From positions 87,562-126,495 of the IMG/VR virus record IMGVR_UViG_3300046779_000230: 38,934 nt of DNA; one strand, written 5' to 3'. The stretch's first letter is position 1. Every line of letters begins with the position of its first letter. Source of the DNA: a virus. Taxonomy: Duplodnaviria; Heunggongvirae; Uroviricota; Caudoviricetes. The notes below the pieces were generated by a model that had not been told where the DNA came from, searched no databases, and saw nothing but the letters and a program-made list of their open reading frames with translations. Below, one piece after another: positions 1-9,402 of the stretch. The position numbers and the translations under genes are program-made.

Positions 1-23
1 CATGACCAGCAACCTTCAGTCTA

Positions 24-3000
24 TCATGCACAAGCAATAACTCTCAAATCTTTAATTCTAGGAACAGCTGAACTATTTGTTGACTTCATTACAATCTTAA
101 CAACGATATTGTCGAATGGAGCCATGTTATCGATTGTGTAATCACAGTCGTAGAACGAGTCATTTCCATTCTGAACTTTAACTAAATTGGAATCTGGTGT
201 TGCCAGTGTATATTTAGTTGTTGTTAATTTAGTCTTGTCGCCAACACAAGTCTTGTAGTACACAAGCACATCTGAAGAGTTAGGAATATTTGCAGCAAAC
301 TTAACTCTAACATTAGTAGATACGTTTTCCAACTTGACTGCAGAAGTAACGTACTTGCTTAGAGATGAGCTACCGTTAGGTGAAATATCATCCAAGAACA
401 GTTCTCTGATTGAAACAGTTGTACCGCTAACAGAACTCTCAGCAGTGAAAGTTGTGTCTAGAGTCAATGTACCAGTTGTGCCGTCATCTGCATAACCAGT
501 GATTAGAACAGTCTTGTTGTTAGCGCCAGTTGTAGCGCCAGCAATAGTAATGTACTTACCGATAGAAGCAATAGCCATTGCAGTTCTAACCTCAGCGTCT
601 GTAGATGTTATAGTACCACCAGCGGTAAAGTTAAACACACCGTCTGTGTGAGAGAAAATCTGCTTAACGTCTAACGCTGATACGTTGACATTAGACTCTG
701 ATGGACTATTGATCTTGTTAGAGATAGCAATCAAACTTGTACGAGCAGTATCGATAACTGGTGAAACCGCATCGTTAGAAGTTTGTAAACGAGCAGAGAA
801 TGTCAATGACTTGTTACCAGACATCAAGCTGTTTTCGTTTGGCTCAGAAGAAATAACTCTTGGAGTGTAGAAGTAGTTGTTGTCCTTAACCAAGCAAGGA
901 GAGAATCCTGTATCAATTACATAAGGAGTTTCACCACCATCAACAGACTTGCCTGATGTAGTCTTCACTGAGAATGAAGCATTTGTATCAGAGAATGTTT
1001 GCATCTGAACAGATGGAACCAACACGTCGTATTGAATGTTTGCAGTGGCTCTAACACCCAGACCACCAGCATATCCAGTAGAAGTGGCAGCAGTAGTAGT
1101 TGTGATAGTGTAAGAATTCATATCAACGTTTGAAATCAAGTGTTCTTTGTTGAACTCTGACGCTGGGATACCGTTGATCGCAGAAGTAACGCTGTCGATA
1201 ACAACTCTAGAGCTAACAGTCATACCATGGTCTTTGTGCCATACGCGAACTGTTGTAGAACCTACAGCAGTTTGGAATGGATCGTTTTCGATCTCAACGT
1301 ATGGTAGAACGTCGTTAACAAACTCTACGTTACCGATAACGCTAGTGTCAAACTGTGCTCTGTAGATAGAGAACTTAATATCTTGGTTTTGATCAGCTGT
1401 CCATGTAGAAGCGTTTTGTGATTTAAACATAACGCCAGCATAAGGCTGCTCAGAAATAGTTCTGCTAGTTCCAGGAATTGTATCGCCTACGTTAGAGATC
1501 CAAACTTTGTAGTTGTTTGAGTCAGACAGTAGAACAAAACAGTACTCAGCATTATCTTGAACGTAAACAGGAGTTTCGAAAGTAAACGATGTTGCTGTGT
1601 TGTAGTCAGCGTATGATACATTGTCTAGAGTAACAGCAGTGTAACCAGCAGCAACTGGGTCTTCACCAGCAACTGGAGCGTTAACAACTTCTGGCTTTAG
1701 AGTAACTCTAGAGAATGGAAGAATGTTCTTACCTGGATATCCATTTACCATCTCTCTGATTTCAAGAGAAACTGGCACTGCAACGTCTTTAGTTGCAAAG
1801 AACACATCAATCTTTGTCAAGAAAGCACCACCCTTTTGCTGAACCAAGAATGATTGAGCAAGTGGATCGTACCAACCTGTGTCTGAAACAACGCGCTCAG
1901 ATGTTTGATAGATTGTTTGTCTAGCTTCTGGATCGTCATTTGGACCAATAACTTCTTTAACCAACTCTGCATTACGCACAGCGTTGATGATAGATTGTTT
2001 AGTCTCTAGAACACCTTGTGCTCTATACATACCACGACCACGAGATGTGAATTGTCCGTTAACAGTTGGAGTGTCTACCAACTTCAATTCTCTAGAACCA
2101 GTGCGGAATCTAACTGAATCTGTGTTAGGGATATTGAACAAGAAGTTAACTTCACCATTCTTGTTAGAAACTAGAGTAGTTGGTGTTGCTACAGAAACAA
2201 CAGTACCTGTTGCTCCAGAAACAGAACCAGAGAATGACTCGCCAACTGCAAATGTACCTTTAACGTTAGCCAATTCCAGAGTTAATGTATCTGTTTCTGG
2301 ATCGATAGACTTGCTAATAACTACAGCAGAAGCTGTGTCCAGAGAATTAGTGATAACATCACCACGGTTCAAACAAACTTGAGAATCGCCGTTAATTCTA
2401 CGCTTTGTTTCAGATGACGCACCACCAACGTTTGTGTCAGTGTCAAATACACCAACGCCAGCTGTGTAAACCATTTTGATAGATGGAGTCACAAAAGAAG
2501 AGATATCGATATCGTCAAAGAATGGATAGAAACGCGTTTCTGGCTTCATACCCTTTACCTGAACTAAAATATTTCTAGAACGGATATAAGGAATTGTTGC
2601 AGTAGAAACAACACGTTCACCAACTTGTTGGTAATCAGTCTTTGTTGCTAGCTTAGTTCTGATGCCAGTTCTTGATTGACCAACTGGTGTAGCAAAAACC
2701 TCGCTAACAACTTGACGGATAGCCCATCCACTTGCTTCTGGACCAACACCAAACTTGGCATCTAGAGCAGCACCGCCATCACCACCACGACGATCAGCAG
2801 AGTAGCTGCGTGTGCCTTGAGAGATTGGTTGACCAATCCACTCATCTTTCCAAGCACCCCAAACAGTACCATAACCGTTTTCTTGAATAGTGCCAGACTT
2901 GATTGCCAACTCGCGAATCAAGTTGTAGTTACCTTCTACGTTGATGATGTCTGGAGCAACTTTGTTAGTTTCAAACCAATCATCAGAAGGTGGGTTGATG

Positions 3001-6000
3001 CTAACATTACCCAAGAATGTGAAGATTGCGAATGGGTTAATGTTTTCTAGTCTAGAAGCATATTCTTGCTTGACCAAAACTTTGTCTGCAATGATAGGCA
3101 ATGTGATAACATCACCATTGATCTGGTAGTTAGAACTGTCACGTTGGATATCAGTAGAGTTCTTTTCCAACAGATTAACGTTCTTCATAGTGTAGAATGG
3201 ACGCAACTCTCCATTGTTCATATCAATAGAACAGTAGTAGTCAGGTGAGCCGACGTTACCGATATTGTTACCAGTAAAGTTATCTACAATAAAACCATTC
3301 TTTGTTCTATCTAGACCATACTCGTCTGTTATCTTAAGAGACTGAGTTTCTTGCTCTAGTAGAGAAAGAGAAGTGTAGTATTCTAAGTTGTTGATTCTAG
3401 TTTCTAGCTTACCAATGTCGCGCATTGTGTAACGCTTGTTTTCTAGTTTCTGAACATTCACGTTGTTTGACTTAGTGCCAAATGTGTATGGCTCTAGTGT
3501 GATGTTATATAACACCATACCCAACGCTGGGTCTTGAGGATCACCTGGATTTAGAGATGATACGCCAGCAACAGAGAAGAATTTACCGTTGAAGTCGATA
3601 GCGATCTTGTCTTTTCTAGCAAGGTAGTAGCTAAAGTCAGCCAGCACATCAATACCACGCTTTGGAATTGATGTTAGAGAAGAACCTGTGCCAATAAAGT
3701 TTCTAGTAGAACCAGCGCTCTTGTTGGCTACACGTGGTCTAAAGTCAATCGCATCGCGGCAGTTAGCAGGGATTGACTTGTAATCAATGTTTGTGTAAGA
3801 GTTAACATCAAAGTAGTCACCAACACCATGTTCGAAATATTCGTACTGGATTCTGATTGGGCTGTTTGGTGCGCTATAAGACGCTTTAAGAATTAGTCTA
3901 CCTAGATCGTAGTGTGTTGTGCGTTGACCATCATCAAACTCGTAGAAGTCTGTGATGTCTGTTGTGTAATCTTCTGGTGCTGGAGTTGAACCAAATGCAA
4001 AACCACTAGCCATCTTAACACTAATCAATCTAAACACGTCAGCATGTTCTAGCAAAATAGTAGATGCTTTGGCATCAGAAGCGCTAGTCAAAGTCATTGG
4101 TGTTGCTGTTGTTAGAGTCTTTGTTTTCTCGAAAGAAGAACCAGAACGAACGACAGCTGCAATAACAGAGATAGAACGGTTTGCTCTGCCAGATGGAACC
4201 AATACAGTTAAGTTAGAACCAGATGGAGTTACAGAGTCTGGCGTGAATACTTCACCGCCTGCAGTGGCATCATTATCAATAAAGATATAGTTGTCTGTTT
4301 CAGCGTAAGAAGCAAATGTACCAGAGATAGAGAATGTGACTGATGTTCCAGTTGCAGTCTGAGTAATCTTTTGGTAGCATGTGTAGCTAGTATCGTTGAT
4401 ACCACCAGTACCAGCTTGACGCATAGATCTAACAGCGTAGTATGGTAGTGGGAACAACAGAGAGTTATTTCCTGGTTCTACAATTTCTGTTGTTGCCAAG
4501 CTATATGCTTTGCCTGTGAACGAGAATGTAGATGGAACAGTCGCTGCTTCTTGGCTAGATGGATTAGCAGTAATACGAACCATCTGTCCGTCGACTACAA
4601 TATAATCACCTGCAGAAAGATCTGTCTGGAATGATGTTCCAACACCAGTTAGTGTACCGCCAGAAGCGCTAACAGAACCAGAAAGAGTAGATGTTACTGG
4701 ATCAATATCAGCAGAGAAGCTCAACTGAGGATCTCCAGAAACGCTGTAGTAGAATGATTTTACATCACGGTTGAAGTCAAACCCGTTGTTCATTTGAACA
4801 TCGAACAGACCAAGTTTATAAACAGAAGATGTGTTAAATGGCAAGCCAGTGTGCCATTCAATAAAACGAATGCGGGCAGTACCAATGTTGTTACCAACTG
4901 CAGTACCACGAGCGCTAGAGCCTGTTATTTGATCATACAAACGAATTGTGTCATATGAGTCAACTGGTGGCAAGTTGTTCACGTTCTTAACAAGAACATA
5001 GTTACCAACAGTGGCTGGAATAATAGCGTCAACGGCTTGAGCGTATTCTCTGGACTTTGATACTGGAAGATATGTTGTTGAGTCTTTTTCGATCTCATAA
5101 CCGCGAACATATGCCTTACCAGCTTCTAGTCCGATAGCTAGTTTTGTTTCATCGCCATTCAAGTAGATACCACGGTTGTAAGCTGGAGCTTCTGTGTATT
5201 CCCAGTTGATACCTGTAGAACCTGGACCGTCATATGCAGTTCCAGTTGTATGAGTTGGAGCAGTTGTTACAGATGAGCCGCTGTTTTTCGCAACGTATAA
5301 GTTACCAGCATGTGCAACAATATCACCAATCAAGTAACTGGTGTTTTGAGACCAAGCGCCACGATCGTTGTTACGGTGTTCTCTGATATCGATTGCAAAT
5401 TCTTTTACAGTGTAGTCACCAGATTCGTCGTAAGTTCTACGAGCCAATTCTTTGCCAATCAAAGAATACTCTGTTGTCTTAACGATTGTGTCTACAGTAC
5501 CATTGTTAACACGAATCAATTCTACAAAGTCTTGATCGTCTGTGTCGTCTAGTGCTTTCTTGATAAGAAGCAACTCAATGTAGTAACGATGCGCACCTGG
5601 AGCAGCAAAGTTGTAGCTGTTTTGTGCGTTGTCCAAAAGAGTTTCGTCTTCTTCTGGAGTAATAACTTTCTCATTAACATCCAAACCAACTCTGTATGTT
5701 GGGCTATTTGAATATTTTTCTAGAATAATTGTCTGTTCTTCAACTAAACAGAAGTGTCCATTGATGTAGTAAACACCTTCTTTAACTGTAGCCAAAGAAC
5801 CTTTACCAACTGCTCCAGTAGAAGCAGCTTGGAAAGAGTAAGCACCGTCTTCAGTCTGAATAACTTCAGAGTTTGAGAATGTTTTTGTTTGTCCGTCAGT
5901 GCCTGAGTTTAGATAACGGACATACAATGTTGTTGGATCAGATTCTTCAGCGCTTTGAGTTTTGATAACTTGCGCTTTGACACCGCTAGAACCAATGATA

Positions 6001-6305
6001 ATCTGATCTTTAAGACTAGTCAAAAATGTTTCGACTGCAACACCAGAGTACAAAGAAACTAATTTGATATAATCAGAACCTTGATTTTGTTGTGTTACAG
6101 TTTCAACAGATGCTTGACCTGGAATGACCATAGCACCTTGCTTAAAGATAGCATCGCCATGTCTCTTAATTTGATTCTGCAGAATAGTCTGCATTTGAGT
6201 AAGTTCACGTGCTTGAACTGCAAATGAAGGGCGATACAAGATTCGGTAAAACTTTTTACCTTCTTCAAAGTCATCATTATACGGTTCTGTGTTGAAATCT
6301 ATCAT
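24..6305 (-). CDS. Large virion/baseplate structural protein (DUF4815/VrlC-like, 2093 aa)
   Basis: N-terminus FNTEPYNDDF..KFYRILYRPSFAVQARELTQMQTILQNQI is typical of the giant structural protein next to gp8 in T4-like cyanophage-type genomes; contains a carbohydrate-binding-like insert. Confidence 0.75.
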   Translation of the reverse strand: MIDFNTEPYNDDFEEGKKFYRILYRPSFAVQARELTQMQTILQNQIKRHGDAIFKQGAMVIPGQASVETVTQQNQGSDYIKLVSLYSGVAVETFLTSLKDQIIIGSSGVKAQVIKTQSAEESDPTTLYVRYLNSGTDGQTKTFSNSEVIQTEDGAYSFQAASTGAVGKGSLATVKEGVYYINGHFCLVEEQTIILEKYSNSPTYRVGLDVNEKVITPEEDETLLDNAQNSYNFAAPGAHRYYIELLLIKKALDDTDDQDFVELIRVNNGTVDTIVKTTEYSLIGKELARRTYDESGDYTVKEFAIDIREHRNNDRGAWSQNTSYLIGDIVAHAGNLYVAKNSGSSVTTAPTHTTGTAYDGPGSTGINWEYTEAPAYNRGIYLNGDETKLAIGLEAGKAYVRGYEIEKDSTTYLPVSKSREYAQAVDAIIPATVGNYVLVKNVNNLPPVDSYDTIRLYDQITGSSARGTAVGNNIGTARIRFIEWHTGLPFNTSSVYKLGLFDVQMNNGFDFNRDVKSFYYSVSGDPQLSFSADIDPVTSTLSGSVSASGGTLTGVGTSFQTDLSAGDYIVVDGQMVRITANPSSQEAATVPSTFSFTGKAYSLATTEIVEPGNNSLLFPLPYYAVRSMRQAGTGGINDTSYTCYQKITQTATGTSVTFSISGTFASYAETDNYIFIDNDATAGGEVFTPDSVTPSGSNLTVLVPSGRANRSISVIAAVVRSGSSFEKTKTLTTATPMTLTSASDAKASTILLEHADVFRLISVKMASGFAFGSTPAPEDYTTDITDFYEFDDGQRTTHYDLGRLILKASYSAPNSPIRIQYEYFEHGVGDYFDVNSYTNIDYKSIPANCRDAIDFRPRVANKSAGSTRNFIGTGSSLTSIPKRGIDVLADFSYYLARKDKIAIDFNGKFFSVAGVSSLNPGDPQDPALGMVLYNITLEPYTFGTKSNNVNVQKLENKRYTMRDIGKLETRINNLEYYTSLSLLEQETQSLKITDEYGLDRTKNGFIVDNFTGNNIGNVGSPDYYCSIDMNNGELRPFYTMKNVNLLEKNSTDIQRDSSNYQINGDVITLPIIADKVLVKQEYASRLENINPFAIFTFLGNVSINPPSDDWFETNKVAPDIINVEGNYNLIRELAIKSGTIQENGYGTVWGAWKDEWIGQPISQGTRSYSADRRGGDGGAALDAKFGVGPEASGWAIRQVVSEVFATPVGQSRTGIRTKLATKTDYQQVGERVVSTATIPYIRSRNILVQVKGMKPETRFYPFFDDIDISSFVTPSIKMVYTAGVGVFDTDTNVGGASSETKRRINGDSQVCLNRGDVITNSLDTASAVVISKSIDPETDTLTLELANVKGTFAVGESFSGSVSGATGTVVSVATPTTLVSNKNGEVNFLFNIPNTDSVRFRTGSRELKLVDTPTVNGQFTSRGRGMYRAQGVLETKQSIINAVRNAELVKEVIGPNDDPEARQTIYQTSERVVSDTGWYDPLAQSFLVQQKGGAFLTKIDVFFATKDVAVPVSLEIREMVNGYPGKNILPFSRVTLKPEVVNAPVAGEDPVAAGYTAVTLDNVSYADYNTATSFTFETPVYVQDNAEYCFVLLSDSNNYKVWISNVGDTIPGTSRTISEQPYAGVMFKSQNASTWTADQNQDIKFSIYRAQFDTSVIGNVEFVNDVLPYVEIENDPFQTAVGSTTVRVWHKDHGMTVSSRVVIDSVTSAINGIPASEFNKEHLISNVDMNSYTITTTTAATSTGYAGGLGVRATANIQYDVLVPSVQMQTFSDTNASFSVKTTSGKSVDGGETPYVIDTGFSPCLVKDNNYFYTPRVISSEPNENSLMSGNKSLTFSARLQTSNDAVSPVIDTARTSLIAISNKINSPSESNVNVSALDVKQIFSHTDGVFNFTAGGTITSTDAEVRTAMAIASIGKYITIAGATTGANNKTVLITGYADDGTTGTLTLDTTFTAESSVSGTTVSIRELFLDDISPNGSSSLSKYVTSAVKLENVSTNVRVKFAANIPNSSDVLVYYKTCVGDKTKLTTTKYTLATPDSNLVKVQNGNDSFYDCDYTIDNMAPFDNIVVKIVMKSTNSSAVPRIKDLRVIACA

Positions 6306-6339
6306 TCTTTTTACTCTCGAAAAATTATTTGTTATACAT

Positions 6340-6346
6340 TATTTAT
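6340..6346 (-). promoter_or_regulatory. Putative T4-type late promoter (ATAAATA)
   Basis: ATAAATA on the minus strand in the gp8/large structural gene junction, 35 nt upstream of the ATG at 6305. Confidence 0.45.
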
Positions 6347-8928
6347 TAGAATCTGATAACAGTTCTTAATGTAACAGTTTGGTCTGCAGTTGGAGTGAAT
6401 GCTTGTTTGTTGTCAATGAATAGCAAGTCACCAGAGTATTTGTCTACTGTTGGGTTGCTAACACCAGAAGCAGCAAACGCTTCTGCTTCTTCGTTCTGGA
6501 ATACAGAACCAACTTGAGGTACAGCGTTGTCTAAAGATTGTAACAAAGCGCCAGTAGAAGTCAACGCAACAATTCTAAATCTTGGACCACTAGCAGAACC
6601 CATAGTTACTAGCATATCTTGGCTAAAGTTGTTAACATCAACATATCCAGAAATAACATAACATCCTGATCCCAATGATGTTTTTAATAGCGCTGTTTTA
6701 CCGTACTGTCTTGGGTTTTTAATAATACCCAATTGACGGAAGTCGTTATTAACTTCAAAACCTTGGTTCTTGTCCTTGGAAATATTTGAGTAGAACATCA
6801 GTGTTCTAGCAAACATACCATTAATAGGATCTTTACCGTGTCCACCAAATGGAGCCATAACAGCACGAGCGGTAGCACCTTCACCAGCACCAGTGATAGT
6901 TACTTTAGCCCAACGATATCCAATACCGTATTGTGTTGGTGTTATCTTGATAACTTTACCAGCTTCTACTTGAGCAACAGCCTCAGCACCTTCACCATCA
7001 CCTTCAATAGTGATTGTTGGTGGTGTGCCGTATCCAAAGCCACCAGAAATAACTGGATATGCCATGATACGACCATCTGTTGTCAACAATTCAGTGTTTG
7101 CTTGTAGTGTATTAATATCGCCTGGAGATAAGTCAGAAGTTATAATCGCCCCTGTGCCGTCACCAGCAACAGAAATGTTGGCATATGTATAACCAATACC
7201 ACCCTCGACAATAGAAACACCAACGATTTGTCCAGCGTCTAGAATTGGAATTAACTTGGCAGATGACTTAACACCTTGACAATAAGCAGTAGCGCCACTA
7301 CCACCAGAAACTGGTTGAATAGAAACACCTGGAAGAGATGAGTATCCAGAACCGTACTTAAGCGAGATAGTACCAGTTGCTGGGCTACCAACATATTGTA
7401 AAACTACAGTGCCATTTGAATCAGAACCAGTTGTATGAGTTGGAGCAGTAGCACCTGAAGTTCCAGCAGATGTTACGGTGTATAATCTGTTGGAATAAAA
7501 AATCTGTTGGTTAACTGTATATGATGTAGTAGCTTGCCATTCAGTGCCAAATACGATGTTGGGGGCAGATGTGTAATTATCACCAGAGTCTTGAACAACA
7601 ACGTAAGCAACGCTAGTACCTTGCATAACAGCTTGACCTAGAGCGCCACTACCACTACCCCCAGAAATTGTTACTGTTGGGACAGCTGTGTAACCTGAAC
7701 CACCATCAATGATGTTTACATCATACACAGAACCATTTAGAATAATTCCAGTAACATGTCCATCTGAAACTGTTACCTGACCAGTGACAGTAGAACCGAT
7801 GTACTTAAGCACAGCAGTACCATTTTTAACTTCTCCGCTCTTGTGTGTTGGGGCAGGAGATGCTAATGAACCAGATAGAGTTGCTTCGTAAAGATTACCT
7901 TCATGTTCAATCTTTTGACCTAGCAAGACGCCAATGTCTTCAACCCATGGGTTAGCGCCAGCAAATGGTGGTTCAAATGCAACTGTCGCGCCAGATGTGT
8001 AATCAGCACCGCCACTAGATATCGCTACGTTTTGTAACAATAAAGGATCAGATGCTCTGTAACCATCTCCTTGGACAACCAAAGAAGCGAAAGTGTAGTT
8101 CTCTCCACCAGATTCAATAATTGTGTTTTGAATCTCACCGTTAGAATAAAACTGTGAACGTAGAGAGTTAACGACTGGCATATAAGCATCAGTCAAAAAC
8201 TTATTACGTAGGGCAATTGGAATACTATACAAGTATTTCCACATATAACCATCTGGCATGATAACAGGGTCAACAACAGTACCGATAGGTTTATATGTCG
8301 ATGATGCACCGTTGTTATTATCAAGGCACTTGTATACGTTAAATTCGTCTGTGATAACGTAGTTGTTTGTGTCTTCTAGAAGTTGAGTGCCAGAATATCC
8401 TTTTACAACCACAGCTGCAGCCGCACAACCTTCACCACCACCGCCAGTGATTTCTACTGTTGGACTAGATGTATATCCACGACCACGTGTTAGTAAATCG
8501 ATAGCAACAACAACGCCATCTAATACAATAGCTTCTGCTGTAGCTCCAGATCCACCACCACCAGTGATTGTGATTGTAGGAGGGTCTGAATATCCAAAAC
8601 CACCAGAAATCACGTCAATACCTTGCACTTCATCGCTATATTGATCGTCATACATATCATAAACAGTGCCAGTTACCCAGTCAACACGTGGCACAACGAA
8701 AGCTACGTCTGTAGACTTAATTTCTTTCATTGTGATAATTTCAGAACGAGTTTTTAGTTCGTAATCGAAACTATCGACTGGAAATGGCGGCACTGTGTCA
8801 TCACCAGTCCACTGAATTGTTCTACCTAGAAAATAGTAGTAACGAGCGGTACGGTTTTGAATTTCATTATATAAACCCTCTGCGATAGAGTTATGTAATG
8901 CAGATTTCAATAGAGATGAAGTCGCCAT
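6346..8928 (-). CDS. gp8: Baseplate wedge subunit gp8, expanded with Gly-rich repeats
   Basis: YYYFLGR, FVVPRVDWVTGTVYDMYDD, YVITDEFNVYKCLDNNNG, DGYMWKYLYSI, NDFRQLGIIKNP and KYSGDLLFIDN motifs; position after gp7; AGGA RBS. Confidence 0.85.
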   Translation of the reverse strand: MATSSLLKSALHNSIAEGLYNEIQNRTARYYYFLGRTIQWTGDDTVPPFPVDSFDYELKTRSEIITMKEIKSTDVAFVVPRVDWVTGTVYDMYDDQYSDEVQGIDVISGGFGYSDPPTITITGGGGSGATAEAIVLDGVVVAIDLLTRGRGYTSSPTVEITGGGGEGCAAAAVVVKGYSGTQLLEDTNNYVITDEFNVYKCLDNNNGASSTYKPIGTVVDPVIMPDGYMWKYLYSIPIALRNKFLTDAYMPVVNSLRSQFYSNGEIQNTIIESGGENYTFASLVVQGDGYRASDPLLLQNVAISSGGADYTSGATVAFEPPFAGANPWVEDIGVLLGQKIEHEGNLYEATLSGSLASPAPTHKSGEVKNGTAVLKYIGSTVTGQVTVSDGHVTGIILNGSVYDVNIIDGGSGYTAVPTVTISGGSGSGALGQAVMQGTSVAYVVVQDSGDNYTSAPNIVFGTEWQATTSYTVNQQIFYSNRLYTVTSAGTSGATAPTHTTGSDSNGTVVLQYVGSPATGTISLKYGSGYSSLPGVSIQPVSGGSGATAYCQGVKSSAKLIPILDAGQIVGVSIVEGGIGYTYANISVAGDGTGAIITSDLSPGDINTLQANTELLTTDGRIMAYPVISGGFGYGTPPTITIEGDGEGAEAVAQVEAGKVIKITPTQYGIGYRWAKVTITGAGEGATARAVMAPFGGHGKDPINGMFARTLMFYSNISKDKNQGFEVNNDFRQLGIIKNPRQYGKTALLKTSLGSGCYVISGYVDVNNFSQDMLVTMGSASGPRFRIVALTSTGALLQSLDNAVPQVGSVFQNEEAEAFAASGVSNPTVDKYSGDLLFIDNKQAFTPTADQTVTLRTVIRF

Positions 8929-8942
8929 TTATAAATTCCTGA

Positions 8943-9392
8943 TTAGCTTACTGTAACAACCCAAGTGATAGCAATAGAGTCACCAGCAGCTTTGTTAACA
9001 ACTGGGAAAGTTGTACGGCATAGCATGATACCACCAGTAGTGTTATTGAAAACACCAGCTTCAGTAATGGCACCAGTACCAGTACCAGCTGGGAAAGTGG
9101 CAGTGTAAGTAACTTGGTTGTTTGCAGCAGAAGCAGAAGCCAGTGTAACACGACCAGCTTCAGTTCCTAATGTAGTGTTTGCCACGGCTGGAGTTGCAGT
9201 ACCAGTACCAATAGCCATATGTGACATGATGTCGTTTGCAACACCAACAATACGTGAAGCAATATAGTTCTTACCAACAGTAACAACTAAGTTCTTGATA
9301 TCACGTTCGTCTTTAATATTACCAAATGCGTCCTTTAGAACGACTTTAAGTTCGCCCTTCATTGTTAGCATTTCTTGTTCTTGTAGATTCAT
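8943..9392 (-). CDS. Virion structural/tail-associated protein (149 aa; start re-assigned to MNLQEQ)
   Basis: AAGGAG RBS precedes ATG at 9392; NLVVTVG..HMAIGTG..GTGAITEAGVF..MLCRTTFPVVNK pattern is common in phage tail proteins. Confidence 0.6.
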   Translation of the reverse strand: MNLQEQEMLTMKGELKVVLKDAFGNIKDERDIKNLVVTVGKNYIASRIVGVANDIMSHMAIGTGTATPAVANTTLGTEAGRVTLASASAANNQVTYTATFPAGTGTGAITEAGVFNNTTGGIMLCRTTFPVVNKAAGDSIAITWVVTVS

Positions 9393-9402
9393 ATAATCTC
9401 CT

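Noticed and set aside
1-30. Start of a next gene (..VHDRLKVAGH) at the window edge
   Set aside because: Too short and truncated to support a call.
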